Below are positions 11,060-26,000 of a stretch of DNA of 64,000 nt, in pieces. The translations under genes were made by a program, and so were the position numbers. Numbering within the stretch: position 1 is the stretch's first letter; each line of letters begins with the position of its first letter. The DNA is taken from NCBI RefSeq assembly GCF_964355755.1, contig NC_092670.1, positions 22,554,795 to 22,618,794 on the forward strand, written 5' to 3'. The notes under the pieces are model-generated. The model was not told the origin of the DNA and ran no database searches. It was given only the letters and a program-made list of their open reading frames with translations. Source of the stretch: Antedon mediterranea. Taxonomy: Eukaryota > Animalia > Echinodermata.

Positions 11060-14000
11060 ATGAGGTTATTAAATTTACTTCAGGTAGGAGGTATATATTA
11101 TTATATTGATATTATTGTAGTTCTTGACAATTACTTATATAAAAAGACAAAACTGGAACAATATGACTTTTTTTTAAAGAACTTGCTATACTATTTTTAA
11201 CCTACAATAATTACTACAACTGTATACTATTTTCATTTTCCCAAAGATTTTGTGTATGCTTAATTGTGTCTTTTCGTCCGTTTATGATGGTAAGTATACA
11301 TATTAGTTAAATTTAGATTTATTTTTCAATAAGCAAATTCGTTTGGTGGTGGGTTGCAAGAAGGTTTTATAACTTAGACATATTAGGTCTAAACCTAATT
11401 AAAAGGGTTTTTTAAACTAAATGAAAAAGATAATAATCAAATGATCAGATCATATCAGTTTGCAATCATATTTGCAATTTTCTTTGTTTTTTTGGCAAAT
11501 TAAATACTTTTTTTATCTGTTATAAGTCTATGTTTATTCGTGTTTCAGACGCAGTGTGCGAAGAGCCTTACAAAGTTGGCTGGTCAAATGACACTGATAT
11601 ATTAACAAGAGATGTTGGAGCAATAGTCGTACTTGATAGTATTACATCCAAATGCTTCGGGAAAATAACAAAATGGGAGTTCATCTCTGCCAAAAATAAT
11701 GGAACGATCCAGTTCTTTGTCCTACAAAGAGTACCAGACATCACCGGAAAGTTCATCATTACTAGGAAATTGACAGTTGATACTTTTGGAAATGGAGTGA
11801 CACATCACGTGAGCTTGAATTCAGAAGATAATCTGGCAATTGGTTATGGCGATCTTATTGGTTTCTCTTCTGTTACCAATGGCATTGTGTATAAAGAGGG
11901 TGGTAGCTCTGTTTGGTACTCTGCAACTGATGACGACACACAAGATCTCGGTTATAGGTCTGAATTGGTTTTATCAAATACTGCAAATCGGTCATATGCT
12001 CTGGTTGTTCACATTCAGACAATATGTAAGTAAACTTCCTTAATATTTGATTCCATGATACAACGTTCTTTGACATAACAGCATCATCTTCCTTTACCAT
12101 ACAGAACCTCATTTAATTAAACTAGCCTACTTTACATAAGGGATTTTTTTTCTCATTTCTTTTGACTTCCTGTCTTCTAAATTTCAATATTTCATAAGAT
12201 CTGCAATGCAATGAAAATAATGCTTATACACAGGCCAGTGTTTCTTTAAATTTTTATGTACTGTATTAACGTATATTTTATTTTAAACTTGTCATAATAA
12301 TATAATATGTACTTTTTCATATTTTAACAGCCTCTCTTGGATGTCACGTGGACAATATTATAGGGCGCGAAATTAACATAAATCCTGGATCGTATGGTGC
12401 ACCAGATGATGTTATAGACTGCCGTCAAGTCTGTGCCGAGAATAACTATGCGTAAGTACATACAATGTTTGTACTCTATACAAGTTTTATGCACTGCTGG
12501 AGATGTATCATCCCTTAAAACCTAAAAATAGGTGAATAAAATCTAACTTTAAATGCCATTTTGTAGTTTTAATAAAAAATAAAGTTATTCATTAATTTTG
12601 CCCAAAAAATAATGTATTTTATTATTCATTTGTCTACCTCTTATTGACCCTCTGTTTAAATAACACAACAGTCCAGTACACCCCAGCAGAGGGGTTGTTA
12701 TTTGTCAAAAGTAGGTAAACGGTCATAATCTTTGATTTAAATACCATGTTCAACCATAAATTGATTAAAAAGCTTAACTTTATACACAGACCTCACTTGG
12801 AACTTTTCAAACAGTCTTTAGCTTCAATGCTCCAACTTTTTTTTAATTCTCTTCCTTTAGATATCTGACTTGCCTTATCTTACCCTTCTTTAAATTTCTG
12901 CTCAAGAACCATCTTCTTGTTTAGTTACTTCCTTTTTCCTATCTTTTCTTCTGAGAGGGCCAATTTAATTTAATTTATTTTTTATTCTAAATTGTTTGTG
13001 CTTTATTTTAATCTTTATAAATTATATTTATTTTAATTTAATTATTATTGTCTCGTCATGATGTATTTCTGTGAGAGTCACTAATGATCAGCTGGATGGA
13101 CCACCCTCGTAAAATATTGTTGAAATAAATAATTGAGTACACATAACAAAAACTGTTCAATTATTAAGTTAGTTAGGCTTTAGGTCGTGTTGGAAATCAC
13201 AACTTCTGGTATTTTGTATTCACTTTTCAGTGCATAATTTTGGTTAATATTAGCCAGTAGATATTTATATTCTAAATAATGTCATATTACAGATTTACGG
13301 CATTTCGTGCAGAAATGTGTTTATGTGCCAACGACTCAATTACCAACAATTATGCCGAAATGCATTCTTGCACTGAATGTCCTGCAATGTTGCACGATGA
13401 ATGTCAAACGACAATCCATAATGTAGTGTTCAATAATGACGATGTTCTAACTGCTTTTAACACAATGTGGTATAAGGATGACGATAATAGGTCTACAGGT
13501 AAAGATACATATATTTATTTACAAATCTTCTATTTTACAAAGAGTGAGATTTCTCTTCCCTCTTTACGAACAGTCTTCAAATGGAGTCTTTTCTGAATTT
13601 TTTATTTCTATTTTTTTACCTTTGTGAAAAAAAACCCATTTTAAAGTTAACAATAACATACTATTTTTTACATACATTGTTTAACCCAAATTAACCTCCC
13701 CCCCCCCCCCCCCCACTTTCTTCTTCTTCCTCCTCCTCTTACTCCTCCTCTTATTCCTACTCCTCCCCCCCCCCCCCCAGCATACTGGCATGATCAATTC
13801 AAAGGTTTTATTGTCATTTTCTCTTTTAAAGTCAAACATTAACAGCGCATATTAAATTTAATTAATACTTAGAGGCATAGTATAAAACTAGAGAAGAAAT
13901 TCATGACAATGAACAATACATACCCAGATAAACTACAGCTAATAATTGATCATGCATATTTTATGAATTAATTAATTTTTTTTTAGCTGACGGTATAAAA

Positions 14001-17000
14001 GATGAAATTCAGGGAAATGCATGGTATAACATATCTGTATACCCTACTAATTCAGCTAAAATTACCAGTTTTAGTTATGATTTCGGAGACAAACAAACAC
14101 ACAAAGGAACAATGAGATCTGTGAAGCATGTGTTTCTGTAAGATGTTAATAACAATAATACTATTTCATTTTTTTTTTAAACAAACATTTTTCTTAAAAA
14201 ATTAATATTTGTTAACAAAATAATGTGCTAGTATACTAAAACATGAATAGAAATGTTTATATTATTGTATTTCTTTAATAAAGGTAGATTGATTATTAAA
14301 ATGAATAAAACAAATCAAAAATCTACTTCATTACTGTAGGTCACCTGGGCAACGGTCAATTAGATTTGAAGTGACAGATGAACTTGGTAAAACTTTGAAG
14401 ACTACTGATACAATAACGGTTGTGTATGATTTACAAGAATACAATGTAACCTGTAATTCATTCATCGATCATTACAACTGTATGTTTTCCTACATAATAG
14501 GTAGTCAAAGACTTATCAATGTTGCATTTTCAGATGGAATAACAACAGATATTTATACTAGTAAGTCTATTATTGATGATAATTTAATTACTTTAAAGTA
14601 TTTTTTTCAAAGTTAATTGACAAGATATGTTCCCTACTCTGATGTAATTGTACATTTTGAATTATATTTTTCTTGTTACATGAAGATAAAGTGAAAAACT
14701 GTTGGAACTCATCCAAAATATCATAAAAAATATATCTTTAAAGGAGAGGAATTCTTTCAATTGTATTTGTACATATTTATAATAACTGGTTTAAACTGGT
14801 TCATTTCCAGTTGATTCCAAGAAACAACAGGTTATAGTGACTACAGTGGTGTACAGTTTTTAAACATTTTAATGTAAATATCTTGTAATATAGCTTCGAA
14901 GACTATATGTAATAAAAAACTTGAAACTTGTACTAATTTATCTGGAATTTGGTAACCGATATATACAAGTGAATTTTCTTTAGGGATTTTACTTTATGAT
15001 AATCTATTTTTGTTTCCTTATCAGGTAATGACATTGTTATGTTTGGTAGCAAGACCTTGTTAACTGACAGTCAAAGTTACACACAAACTGCACGTTACAT
15101 TAAACTTAATGACCCGATTAAAGTTGATGGTAAACTGATGGGTTTTGAAGTGTACATCCAGAAAACTGGAACTATAAAATTAGAGGTAAAAATGGATGCT
15201 ATATAATAATAAGGAGATATTTTTAAAATAATGGGCAAACAATTATGTTGATGGCCGTCGGTGACACATTTTTAAACTTCAGGTAAACAAAAGAGGCCTA
15301 GTAGAGCCTAATCTATGTCACAAGAGGATCAATTTCAGAAGGAATTCAGCTTCTTTTTTAAGATAACGAGAGCTACAATTTGTGTGTTCACCCTAATTTC
15401 CTATGCACTTATGTTTATTTCAAACTAATCAACAGTTAAGCATTCAGCCAATCACAGGACAGTATCATATCTAGTTTGTGGTGATACTTTTATTCTATGT
15501 GTTCTGATCACAACTTATAATGATTTCTCCACACAGATTCTAAGGCCATATGTTACTGATTTCTACAAGTTTTGTGTATCATCATATTCATACGTTTCAA
15601 TTGACGCCTCGTGCGATGATCAGCCGAGGATCTGGAAGAAAACTTGTTCAGAGTCTTCGCCGTTCAACTTCAGAACTGGTTTTTGCACAAACTCTACTGA
15701 AAACATAATTTTTACATCTCCACCGGATGTTAATCTTGAGGCGGTAAAAACATTCATCTTTGAGCAGTCTTCAATCGGCCGAGCATACCTGCAAGTCAAT
15801 GGCACCAAAGTTCAAAAAGGAGATTTAATTAGTTATAATTATGTAAATGATGGACAGTTAGGTGAAGAGATGTCATTAACATCGACAGAATTTATAAATA
15901 CAGATACAGAATCAAATATTGTTGAAGGGAGAAGTTTTTATCCAAGTAACAAGACGAATCATATATTCAGAGCTGTTGTAGCTAGGCAACGACAAATGCT
16001 TATATCACACGCATGCAATCATAATAGCTCCTGTTCGTTTGATTTGTCGGTAGCAGGGTTGAACAAGGTTGTATCCGTTGTACGCATCATCGACCCTTAT
16101 ATTTATGATGTCAGTCTAAGTACTGGTAAGCTTACGTAAAAGGGAACACATTCCAGTAAAAAGGAACCAAGGAGGAATATATGTTTTAACACTCTATTCC
16201 CTATTAAAACCCTATTAAGAGGACACTTTTGTGTGTCCTCCTGAAGGTGTCCCCTTGATAGATGTTATACTGTATTTCAAGCCTACGTACAGTTATTGAG
16301 TAATTATAGGCATCTTGTAAATTCTTCATGATAATATTAAGATATGATATTTTAATGCCTTTCAGTGTCATTTGGAGATTTTGTAAACTTCACAATAGAG
16401 GATCATCCAGGTATGCTTGGTTGTAATTATGAATGGAATTTTGGTAATGGTGATATAATGCAGAGCACGTCAACCAAAATAATGTATTTGTGGCACTACA
16501 GTGGATCTTACAATGTCAGCCTACGTGCTTATAATAGAGACAGTCAGTGGACAGAATATGTAAGTTTCTTTTTTAGAGTCTGAACATGATAGAGGCCTAG
16601 TACCTTAGGCCTAAAACCAAAGTTGGTATCAATCAAGGGCTGCAGATGTAGCCTACAAAAGATTGTGTTAAAACTCATTTCATAATAGTATTCTTCATAA
16701 GTTTTTGAGAGTTATTTTTTTGATAGTATCCCAGATATTAGTACACCATGTCTCACATGGTATTAACTAATATTTAAAATGTTATTTGTAGACTTTGATA
16801 GAAATTGTACACAAAATAGCTAACTTAAGTTTTGTTGAAGAAGACCCCTCGTATTGGAACATTGTTGAAGACGAAGAATATATTGTGGATATCAACCATG
16901 CTGCGCGAGTCCAATGGTTCTCTACAGGTGACTTTAACAATTATTTTACCATAAAAAAATATATAATTCTACCCTGTTATGTTATTGGACTGTTTATTTA

Positions 17001-20000
17001 TTTTATTTGAACAATATTTTATGAGGGTGATCCATCCAGCATAGCTGATCATTAAGGACCCTCAAACAATACAAACAGTAAATACAAAATAAACTATAAA
17101 AATACAAAATTAGCATAGATATTAAAAATATATATATATATATAAATATACAGTAGGCCTACCAGGTAAGAAGGATAATTAAGAAATAAGATCAGAGAGA
17201 GAGAAAGAGATGTTTTTCAAAAGAGATTTAAAGGAGAAGAAATTGTAAGAGTTACGAATATTTAAAGGTAAAGAATTATAGAAAGAAGGAGCATTGAACT
17301 AAAAGAAAGATTTCAAGGTAAAGACGAGGTATAAACCTAATTAAATTCCCCACATTCCTGTATCTTGTAGATTCTGGATTTTTCACTGATAACTACACAT
17401 TTTATTTCAGGCTCACATATTACTACAAATGTAACGATTGGAGAAAATGAGCCGATAACGTTAATCGTTGAACCAGGTTTAACTTTGTATAAAGACTTGT
17501 TAAACGTTGATGGAGTTTTGTTACAAAATGTACAGGTATCACACAAAGGTGAGGAAAACTATCAAAGTTAAGGAAACTGTAATATTATGAAGTGTTTGAT
17601 TTGCGAAAACTACTAACCAATGACTTACTCATTTATGCGTCATTGATCATCATCGTCTGGACTTGGAAACAACCAAAACTGTTTTAAGATCTATAGCAAG
17701 GAAGTACGCCCTAAAATCCCTGCATGCGCACATTGAATTGACATGGCCTACAATAGCTTATCGATCGTCGCAGTTTGAAAGCTCTCTATTTCCTTGTTTA
17801 CCAGCCATCATTCCAGTTGCTAGAAGTGCAGTACTTGCTAATACACATATAATAAATTAGCAGATGAATACAACAAACGTAGATGCAAAATAAAATATAA
17901 AAAAAACGTATTATATATAAAACTGTAATGTTATATGATACATATTTTATTTTGCTATTTAGATAATTGTCGGAATATGTTGGGACTAGAATTTGAGGAC
18001 AAGTTTGCAGACTCACAGTTTGTGGCATCTACATCAGTGTTGAATTCGTTTCCTCACCTTGCACGACTGAACAACATAGAGGGTGTGTGGTCTCCAGAAA
18101 ATGGAGATAATGAATGGATTCAGGTACTGTATTGTAATGTTTTAAATATATATGGATTTTTTTCTCTTTTTGAAAATCATTGTATATAGTTTTAAAAAGT
18201 GCAAATAATTTTCTCTTTAATTTTTTCTTTTTTCATAGACCTTTTTATCTCAGAAAACAGTACATTATTTTCTTATTAATTTAATTTGATGATTTTATAT
18301 ATTTTTTGTTAGATAAATTTACTGAGAATGTATATTATTACTGGTATTGCCACGCAAGGTAGTTCCAATGAGTCTTGGGTTGAAAATTTCTTTGTAACAT
18401 ACAGCCAAAGTGGTAATGTTTGGATCAATGTAGATATGGAAAATGACACAACAAAGGTAGACATATGTACATATATCCTTGTTTTACGGTATGATTGTTT
18501 TTAACTTGTACACCTGGCGTTTATCAATGGTTTGCTTTAAGTCAAGATGGTTAAGAAATAAAATAATAAATAATATAAAATCAAATTTGTCATCTTTAAA
18601 TATAAGAATATATATGTAAAATGTTGGCTTAAGTTATTTTCAAAACTGACTTAAGCAAAATCATTGACTTCATTTTGGTAAACTTAACAAGTTAAATTTT
18701 ACCCCAGATAATCAAAATCATATTAAATCATTTTTTCTTTCAATGAATTCAATTACTATAACTTTTTAAAATGTTTTCTCTCTTCTTGTTGACAGAATTT
18801 GACTGGAAATTTTGATGAGGGCACTATAGTGACAAACTTTTTCAATGAGCCAGTTTATGCAATTCATGTTCGTGTAAATATTTTACCTCAAATAAGAACG
18901 CCTGCTTTGAGGTTTGATCTTCTGGGTTGTGTGTGTAAGTATTAGTATGAATTATTTACACATGTACAGTACAAGTCACTATGTAATCATCATATTACTC
19001 TAGGAAGCAGAGATTTCAAATAGTTAATTGTACAATATTTCCGGTTTTCTGACATCCATCGGATGGAGCAGGGGCCAAATGGTAAAATAAACTGATCTTA
19101 ACATAATGTCCTATCTTTTGGCATTGAAATCAAAATTTTGGATCCACCTATTTTGATGTTATATACAAATGTATACAAAATTAAAATGCTGGTGTGTATA
19201 ACTTAGAATTTCCATTTGGTAAGGGTGCACAAGATGTAATTTTGTGCAGAATACTTGTCTCGTTAAATCTGTATAAAATTTGTCTTTATTAATATCCAGC
19301 GAACAATGTATGTCTTGACGAAATGGGATTAAGAAATGGAGGTGTGACTAATAGCCAAGTGACGTCTGACATACCAAACTTCGACGTTGATTTAGTCCGT
19401 ATTGGTCATGGTGGATCCGGGATGTGTTTTTCCATGAATGACGCCAACCCGATCAACATTGAATATGAATACCTTCACATATTCACTGGCTTCATCTTTG
19501 AGGTTGAGACTAGTAGAGGCGTTTCTTCATTGTTTAAAGTTTCTTACAGTGAAAACAAAATGCTATGGAAGGATGTTTATATTGCTGGCTCTAATACTGT
19601 AAGTACATAGTGGCTACAGTTTTATTGTCACACTGTATATCCGTTTTAACCTATATTTAAATACAGTGTTATGGACGGTTTGAATAAACTCTTCCTTTTC
19701 TAGTGTTATATTATTGTTACTATAGGCATGGCTTAATGTGACTGCTAATGATGCTTCTGAAAAATGGATTGTGTTTGATAAAGAGGTACATACACGGTTT
19801 ATTCGCGTGGAATTCTTGAATCATGATACACTCTGCTTGCGGTTTGAACTTCTTGGTTGTAAAGGTATATCTTTTTTATTTGCTTACATACACTATAAAA
19901 CTCTATCTCTTTTTTATTCATTTATTTTAAACAATTTTAAACTTTACCTTTTAGGTTCAAGACTGTGTCGTCGAGACATTGGTGCATCAGGCATGATACC

Positions 20001-23000
20001 ATCGGGTCAGTTCACAGCCTCTAATGAAGGTAAAAAGAGGTATGTCATGGTAGAGCTACTGAAGCATTACACAGTCACAGGAATACAGAAAATGGATGAA
20101 AGTGACAGAAACATATTCCATGTGGAATACTCAATGGATAACAACAATTTCAAGCCCGTTCAGGACAATAATGGAGATATTGAGGTTTGTTCTTGTGGAT
20201 TTTTTTAGATGTTATATGGTGGAGGCTAACTGATAGTATATTGTCAAATTATATGATTAAAGCTACTTTCACATCACGCCTGGATTCGGTCCAGTGCCCT
20301 GAGAAAGATATTGTTGAAAATGGGTTCAGGATCATTCACACCAAACTCTGCTTGTTATATTTTCCTCAGGGCGTCGGACCTAATCCAATGTGAAAACAGC
20401 TTAAGGGGAAAAAAAGACCATGTTTATTCTATTTACTTGTTAACTGCAACCATCATGCTCTCACACAGCAAAATATAACTGGTCGTTCACACAAAATCCT
20501 GGCAGCGGGTTGTGGCGAATAATGTTATTTTATTAGGTTGCTATTTTGTGCGCACGACCTTTTCAGATAAAAAGGGGCATGTTGAGAAAAGTTTGGTAAT
20601 GTTTATGATTGATACCACACTGTATTATTTTTCCCCTTAGGTATTTAAAGAGAAAGTTTTGAACAGTTTTCGTTACCCAGTAATCTGTCGTTTTTTGAGG
20701 TTGGTTTACACATATGACGGTGCTTCGCCTGTTGTCAATGAACCACAAACTTTTAAGCTAATAGGCTGCGAGAGTAAGTATGATTATGGAGATTAGATGG
20801 ATAAGTTTATTAATTTTAATTGGTTTGGTGAATTTTATTGGTTCTATTTTTTATTTGTGAGTAGTTTGGTTGTTTTGTAATTGGATTAGTTAATTTGTAG
20901 AGGATTAAAAATCTATTACATATCATTTTCTGTGTTAACTACAGGGCCACAGACATGTCATGAAATGATCGAAATTGACACTACAAGAACAGCATTTTCA
21001 AGTGGTAAAAATTGGATTTCAATAAAGGACCGCTATGAACCATGGGTGATAATCGTACTGCTTGGGAGACAGGAATTATCAGGCCTTTTATTGAGTAACA
21101 TGGATTCAAGTGATCAACGACAGTTTTGTGTACAACACAGTGTAGACAAAATTTCTTGGAAATTCCTTTATGAAAAAGGGGAAATCAAGGTAAACGTACT
21201 AATGAATGTTTTTGAGTTGATGGGGAGAATATTACTCTAACCATGATTGAAATAGTTAAACTGCTCGATAAGTTGAAATTATAGATCTAAGCTTGGGTAT
21301 AACAGTTCTACCTTCCACTATATATTTCAATAAGATATTTAAACAAGTTGTTGTATTTTTCAGAAATTTACATATCATAAAACACATGATGGCCTTATGT
21401 ACCAAATGTTTGATGGCATAATCATAGCCGAGTATATCAAAATAAATTTTATGGACTTTGAAGGTGCTGTGCTCTTGAAAATTGGATTACTTGTTTGCAA
21501 AGGTACATTTTTGTTAATATACAAAATAATTAACGTTTACTGTAAGTGGTCATAATATGTCATGAGTTAAAAGATTGACTGCTTTGGAACGGCTTTCTAG
21601 GTTGGGTCTATCGTTACTCGAAGATAGACGTAGTAGAAGTGACATGATTGAAACTTATAAGATTGTTCATGGTCTCGAAAATGTTTGTTTTTCCAACTTT
21701 TTTACCTTCCAAAATTCTGCTGGCCATTTTACACGAGGTCATCCTTTTAAGTTGTGTAAACCTCGGTTTAATACCTTTAGTAGAGCCTCTTTGATTTACG
21801 TATCATTAACACATGGAACTCATTACCCTTCCATATTGTTTCATAACACTTAACACTTTCAAGCAAAAATATGACACACACATAAACACTATGAGAGGAG
21901 GCAGCCTCTACGAGTAAATACTCTTTGCCTCCTTATAAGGTAAGCATCTATTTTTAGGGACTGAGTTGAAAATAGAGCACTTAATCTTCTGTGCCAACAA
22001 TTTGGGCACTTCATACCAAGTGGTATGAATGCTGGATATCTACAGTCTACAAATAAAAACATTTTATTTATTTTTTTGTTAGGCATCAACTTTGTTAGTT
22101 TCGAATGTGCCCATTCAGCTAACCTTCCGCTTACAATACAGTCAGAGAATGTCGTCAGCGAATCCAACATCTCAACAAATATACAGTACGATGAGCGTAT
22201 TACTGGGTTTAGAATTATGAACCAAAATCCTATTGCATGGGGAAGCAGTAAGATTCTTATTGCAACAGAAGTATTTTCAGGTGTCAATTCTAGTATTGAA
22301 TTGTTTATAGATGGAGTCAATTATACCCAAATCACAGAGACACATTATCAAGTTGAACAAACCGTTGTTTATTCCCTCACCATGGCGACTGAAATGTTTA
22401 ATGAGTTAGATTTATTAAATGTTACTATGATACGAAGCAATGTGTTAAGTTTAGCCAAGGATTATATTCTCCTCTCAGTTGAATATAAAATTGATGACTT
22501 GAAGTTATACGTGCCGGAATTTGCATATAGAGGTCATCCCTTTCAAATTGAATTTGATATGTCGAGAGGGTCACATGTCGTTTGTAATGTACAGCTAAAT
22601 GATACCACCAAAAAAGAATTTTCAATATATTTAATGCTTCGTAGTGATGGGGATAAAATATCTTTTACTCATCAGATCAACAGCCTAGGCGAGTATGATA
22701 TTTTCCTTCATTGCTGGAATAATATCAGCGTCATGAATGTTTCTGAAACGATTTCTGTCCAGAATAATATTACGGATGAGCTACAGTTGAATTGTGATGA
22801 TGTCGTTGCAATTGACTTTCAGGAACCATGGAATATCACTGTAGAATATTCATTCACTGGGATTCCTATAAACCTTCCGAATGCCGTGTTTGCTAATTAC
22901 ACTGTGATTGGTCGGCTGAGCGCAAGTGAAACTATAATGAACATGGTTGGTATTGAGTATGATGAAAACCTATCTGCAAGTCATACAATTAACCTTTCAA

Positions 23001-26000
23001 CTTATGGTACATATGATATCTCTGTTTATCTTTATAATAAAATAAGCAATGTCTTACGTACATGCACAGTTGATTTAGAAGCGGTGATTACTAGCCTTAA
23101 TGTGAACGCTGAATATTATGCTCCAGTTAAAGAATCTGTCACGTTTGACATCTCGGTGACCTGGGGCTCACGAATTCAGTATACTATTGATTTTGGTGAT
23201 GATGAAAAAGTAACGAAAGAACAAACATCTGAATATAGAATTTCTGTTCCGCATTCATTTGGTGATAAAGGTGTGTTTAATGTAACAGTAAATGCGACAA
23301 ATTCGATCGGTGAAACATCAACCTTTGCCAATGTTACTGTTCAGTACCCTGTAAAAGCTTATGAATTGAAATGTCAGTATTTAAATAAATTGGGAATTAA
23401 CGAAGAAGGTGAACCATCACATGTAGTTATACCAATTGATGTGTATCGTAATGACATTTTTAAAGAGCCCACAGATGCATACTTTACAATTGATTTTGAC
23501 GACGGATCTGCTCTTTGCCCTATGGAGGAAATGTGCCTGCTGGCAGATGTGTCTGAACATGGAGTGGTAGAAACATCGAAAAACACAAACAATATGTTAC
23601 ATGTTGTGAAAGTGAACAATGAATATTCTACTTCCAACAGTTACACTATTAATCTTACCATTTGGAATCATGTTAGCAATGTAGTGTTTCAGTGTGATAT
23701 GCTGGTGTTGGAAGGTATTGAGCAGTTAAAACAAACAGTACAATATTCAGATGTATACATTGACAGTCAGAATGCCACAAACACAACTGATGAATTACTG
23801 GAGGAAGAGTATGTGGCATTAGGAAACTGGGTTGTTGTGACTACTACAATTGGTGCTGGATCGCATGTTCAATATACCTGGGATTTTGGTGATTCAACTG
23901 CTGTAAAGACAACAAATGAACATACAGAAATTCATCAGTACTCAGAGCCGGGTTCATATATAATATCAGTGAATGCATCGAACCCAGTGAGTAGTGAAGT
24001 AGCAAGCAAACAAATATATGTTCAAGAGGTTGTAACTGATTTGAGATTAACAGGATCTGATGCAGTGCTTGTGAACTCAACCGTAGATTTCATACTTGAA
24101 CTGGGAAGAGTGGCTACAGATGCTTGCTATCGGATTGACTTCATAAGTGAGCTATCAGAACCAGAACGTGTACGTTTCCATGGATCACACGCAATGTGTG
24201 AAGAAAAATATGCAGATTTTCAAGATGTAGAGCCTATTGACTCTTTGCAACTTTGGTTTGATGTGAATAACGATAATGCTGATTCAACAATCAAGATTTC
24301 AAATACATTTTATGAGTACGGGAGATTTGAAATACAGTATGAAGGTGTAAATACAGTATCTTACGTTAACAAAACAGTGGCGCAGCTGATAACTAAATAT
24401 CCATGTTATTTACCAATTGTGGATGTATCAGGCGTAAACGAATGTGGAGATACTTACACAAAATGTAATCAAGATCTTAATATTCGTCAATATGAAGCAT
24501 CAAAGAGGATTAAAGTTGAGTCTGCTGTTACTGTCAACTGTTCATCTACCGATTTAACTCTTTACGAATGGAAGGGCTTTATTAAAGAGGGCAATGATGA
24601 AAATCAAATACCGGTAGATTTGTCGTCTCATACAGTCACTACTGGAAGCGGATTAGGAACACTGATTATTGAACCAAAAAAACTTACGTATGGTATTTAC
24701 AGATTTGAACTGAGAGTGACAATGTTAGGTGGAGAGATCGGTGTTTATAGTGAAGATTCTGTGAATATAGAAGTAATTCCAACTAATTTATCAGTTGAGG
24801 TGGTAGGAGGGGAGTACCACACTATTTCCTGGACTAAGGGCACTTTTGATTTAGATGGTTTGACATTAACACACGATCCTGATATTGATGAACATGATAA
24901 AACTGGTATGAATTTTACGTGGTTGTGTCGAAGAGCAAGAAAGAAATTTTTGAATGAAAGCATTCATGTTGACGAACTTGAAACTTTTGAAGAATGGGAT
25001 GATGATTTTGAAGTTTTATTGAGAAATTCAACAGTAAAAGACAGAGATTTATACTATCAAGAAAATATTGAAGATGTTGGAGGATGCTTTGGCAAATTAG
25101 GAGGCTTGGATGTCCCAAAACCAGGAGGTAACATTTATTGACTAATTGTTTCGATTTCAATTTATTTAAAGATGTATTGTCCCTTTGACCAATTCCAAAA
25201 AATAAAGATTTCGAAAAAAAGAGGGTCATTTTGAAGTATCATAATAGTTATAACAAAGTTTTTGATCAAAACATATCAATTCAAGACGCTTGTTTGGCTA
25301 CTCTGAATGCATAAAACTTTCTCACGATCTGTATTAGAACACCTTCTCAACCGTATTGAGTTGTAAACAATCCTAATTAGCACCATGCATAATTAAATGC
25401 ATAATTGTGGTTTGAAATCCTTGTTTACTTTCGCTCGCGACGATTTTCCAGATGAAATGTAATCAAATTAATTTACCTGTTAATTACGTTAACTTGTTGT
25501 TTTCGCCTCGAATTTTCGATTTAAAGTGAATAAATTGAATATTACTTTGATATGGCCATTTAAATTTAGAATATTTTGACCTTCATTTTTTGTGTTTCAA
25601 AGGACAATACATCTTTAAAATAAATTTTAATTTAATCATGTACTTCTTTAGTCCACAGTGCCATAAGCAATGATTCAATCAATTTATTTGGAAATTGCAC
25701 CTTTACATCGGTGGCACACACAGGAAGTGGTGCATCCATATTGAACACAATTAACATAAAATGACGGATACGGATACTTAAGCTAATTTAAATTAAAATT
25801 AGTACTATATACTGTGGCAATATTTGTCTGACATGAGTTGATACATTTTAGTTAAATATATTTATATATATATACATAAAGAGGAAGTAGTTGCAAAAAT
25901 AATTGTTGACGAGGATATTAAAATTATCATGATAGTTAATATTGAAATGGTTTCCTATACAGTATAGTAATAACAATTATACTTAGTGATACAAAATAAT

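Noticed and set aside
13697-13778. Poly-C / (CCT)n tract as a G-quadruplex element
   Set aside because: Simple low-complexity sequence with no independent evidence of function.
17371-17410. Alternative acceptor at 17370 for the polycystin exon
   Set aside because: It leads to an in-frame TGA; the acceptor at 17410 keeps the frame.
22025-25141. 1038-aa ORF as a stand-alone gene
   Set aside because: It is bounded by splice sites (22083, 25127) in phase with flanking polycystin exons; it is one large internal exon.
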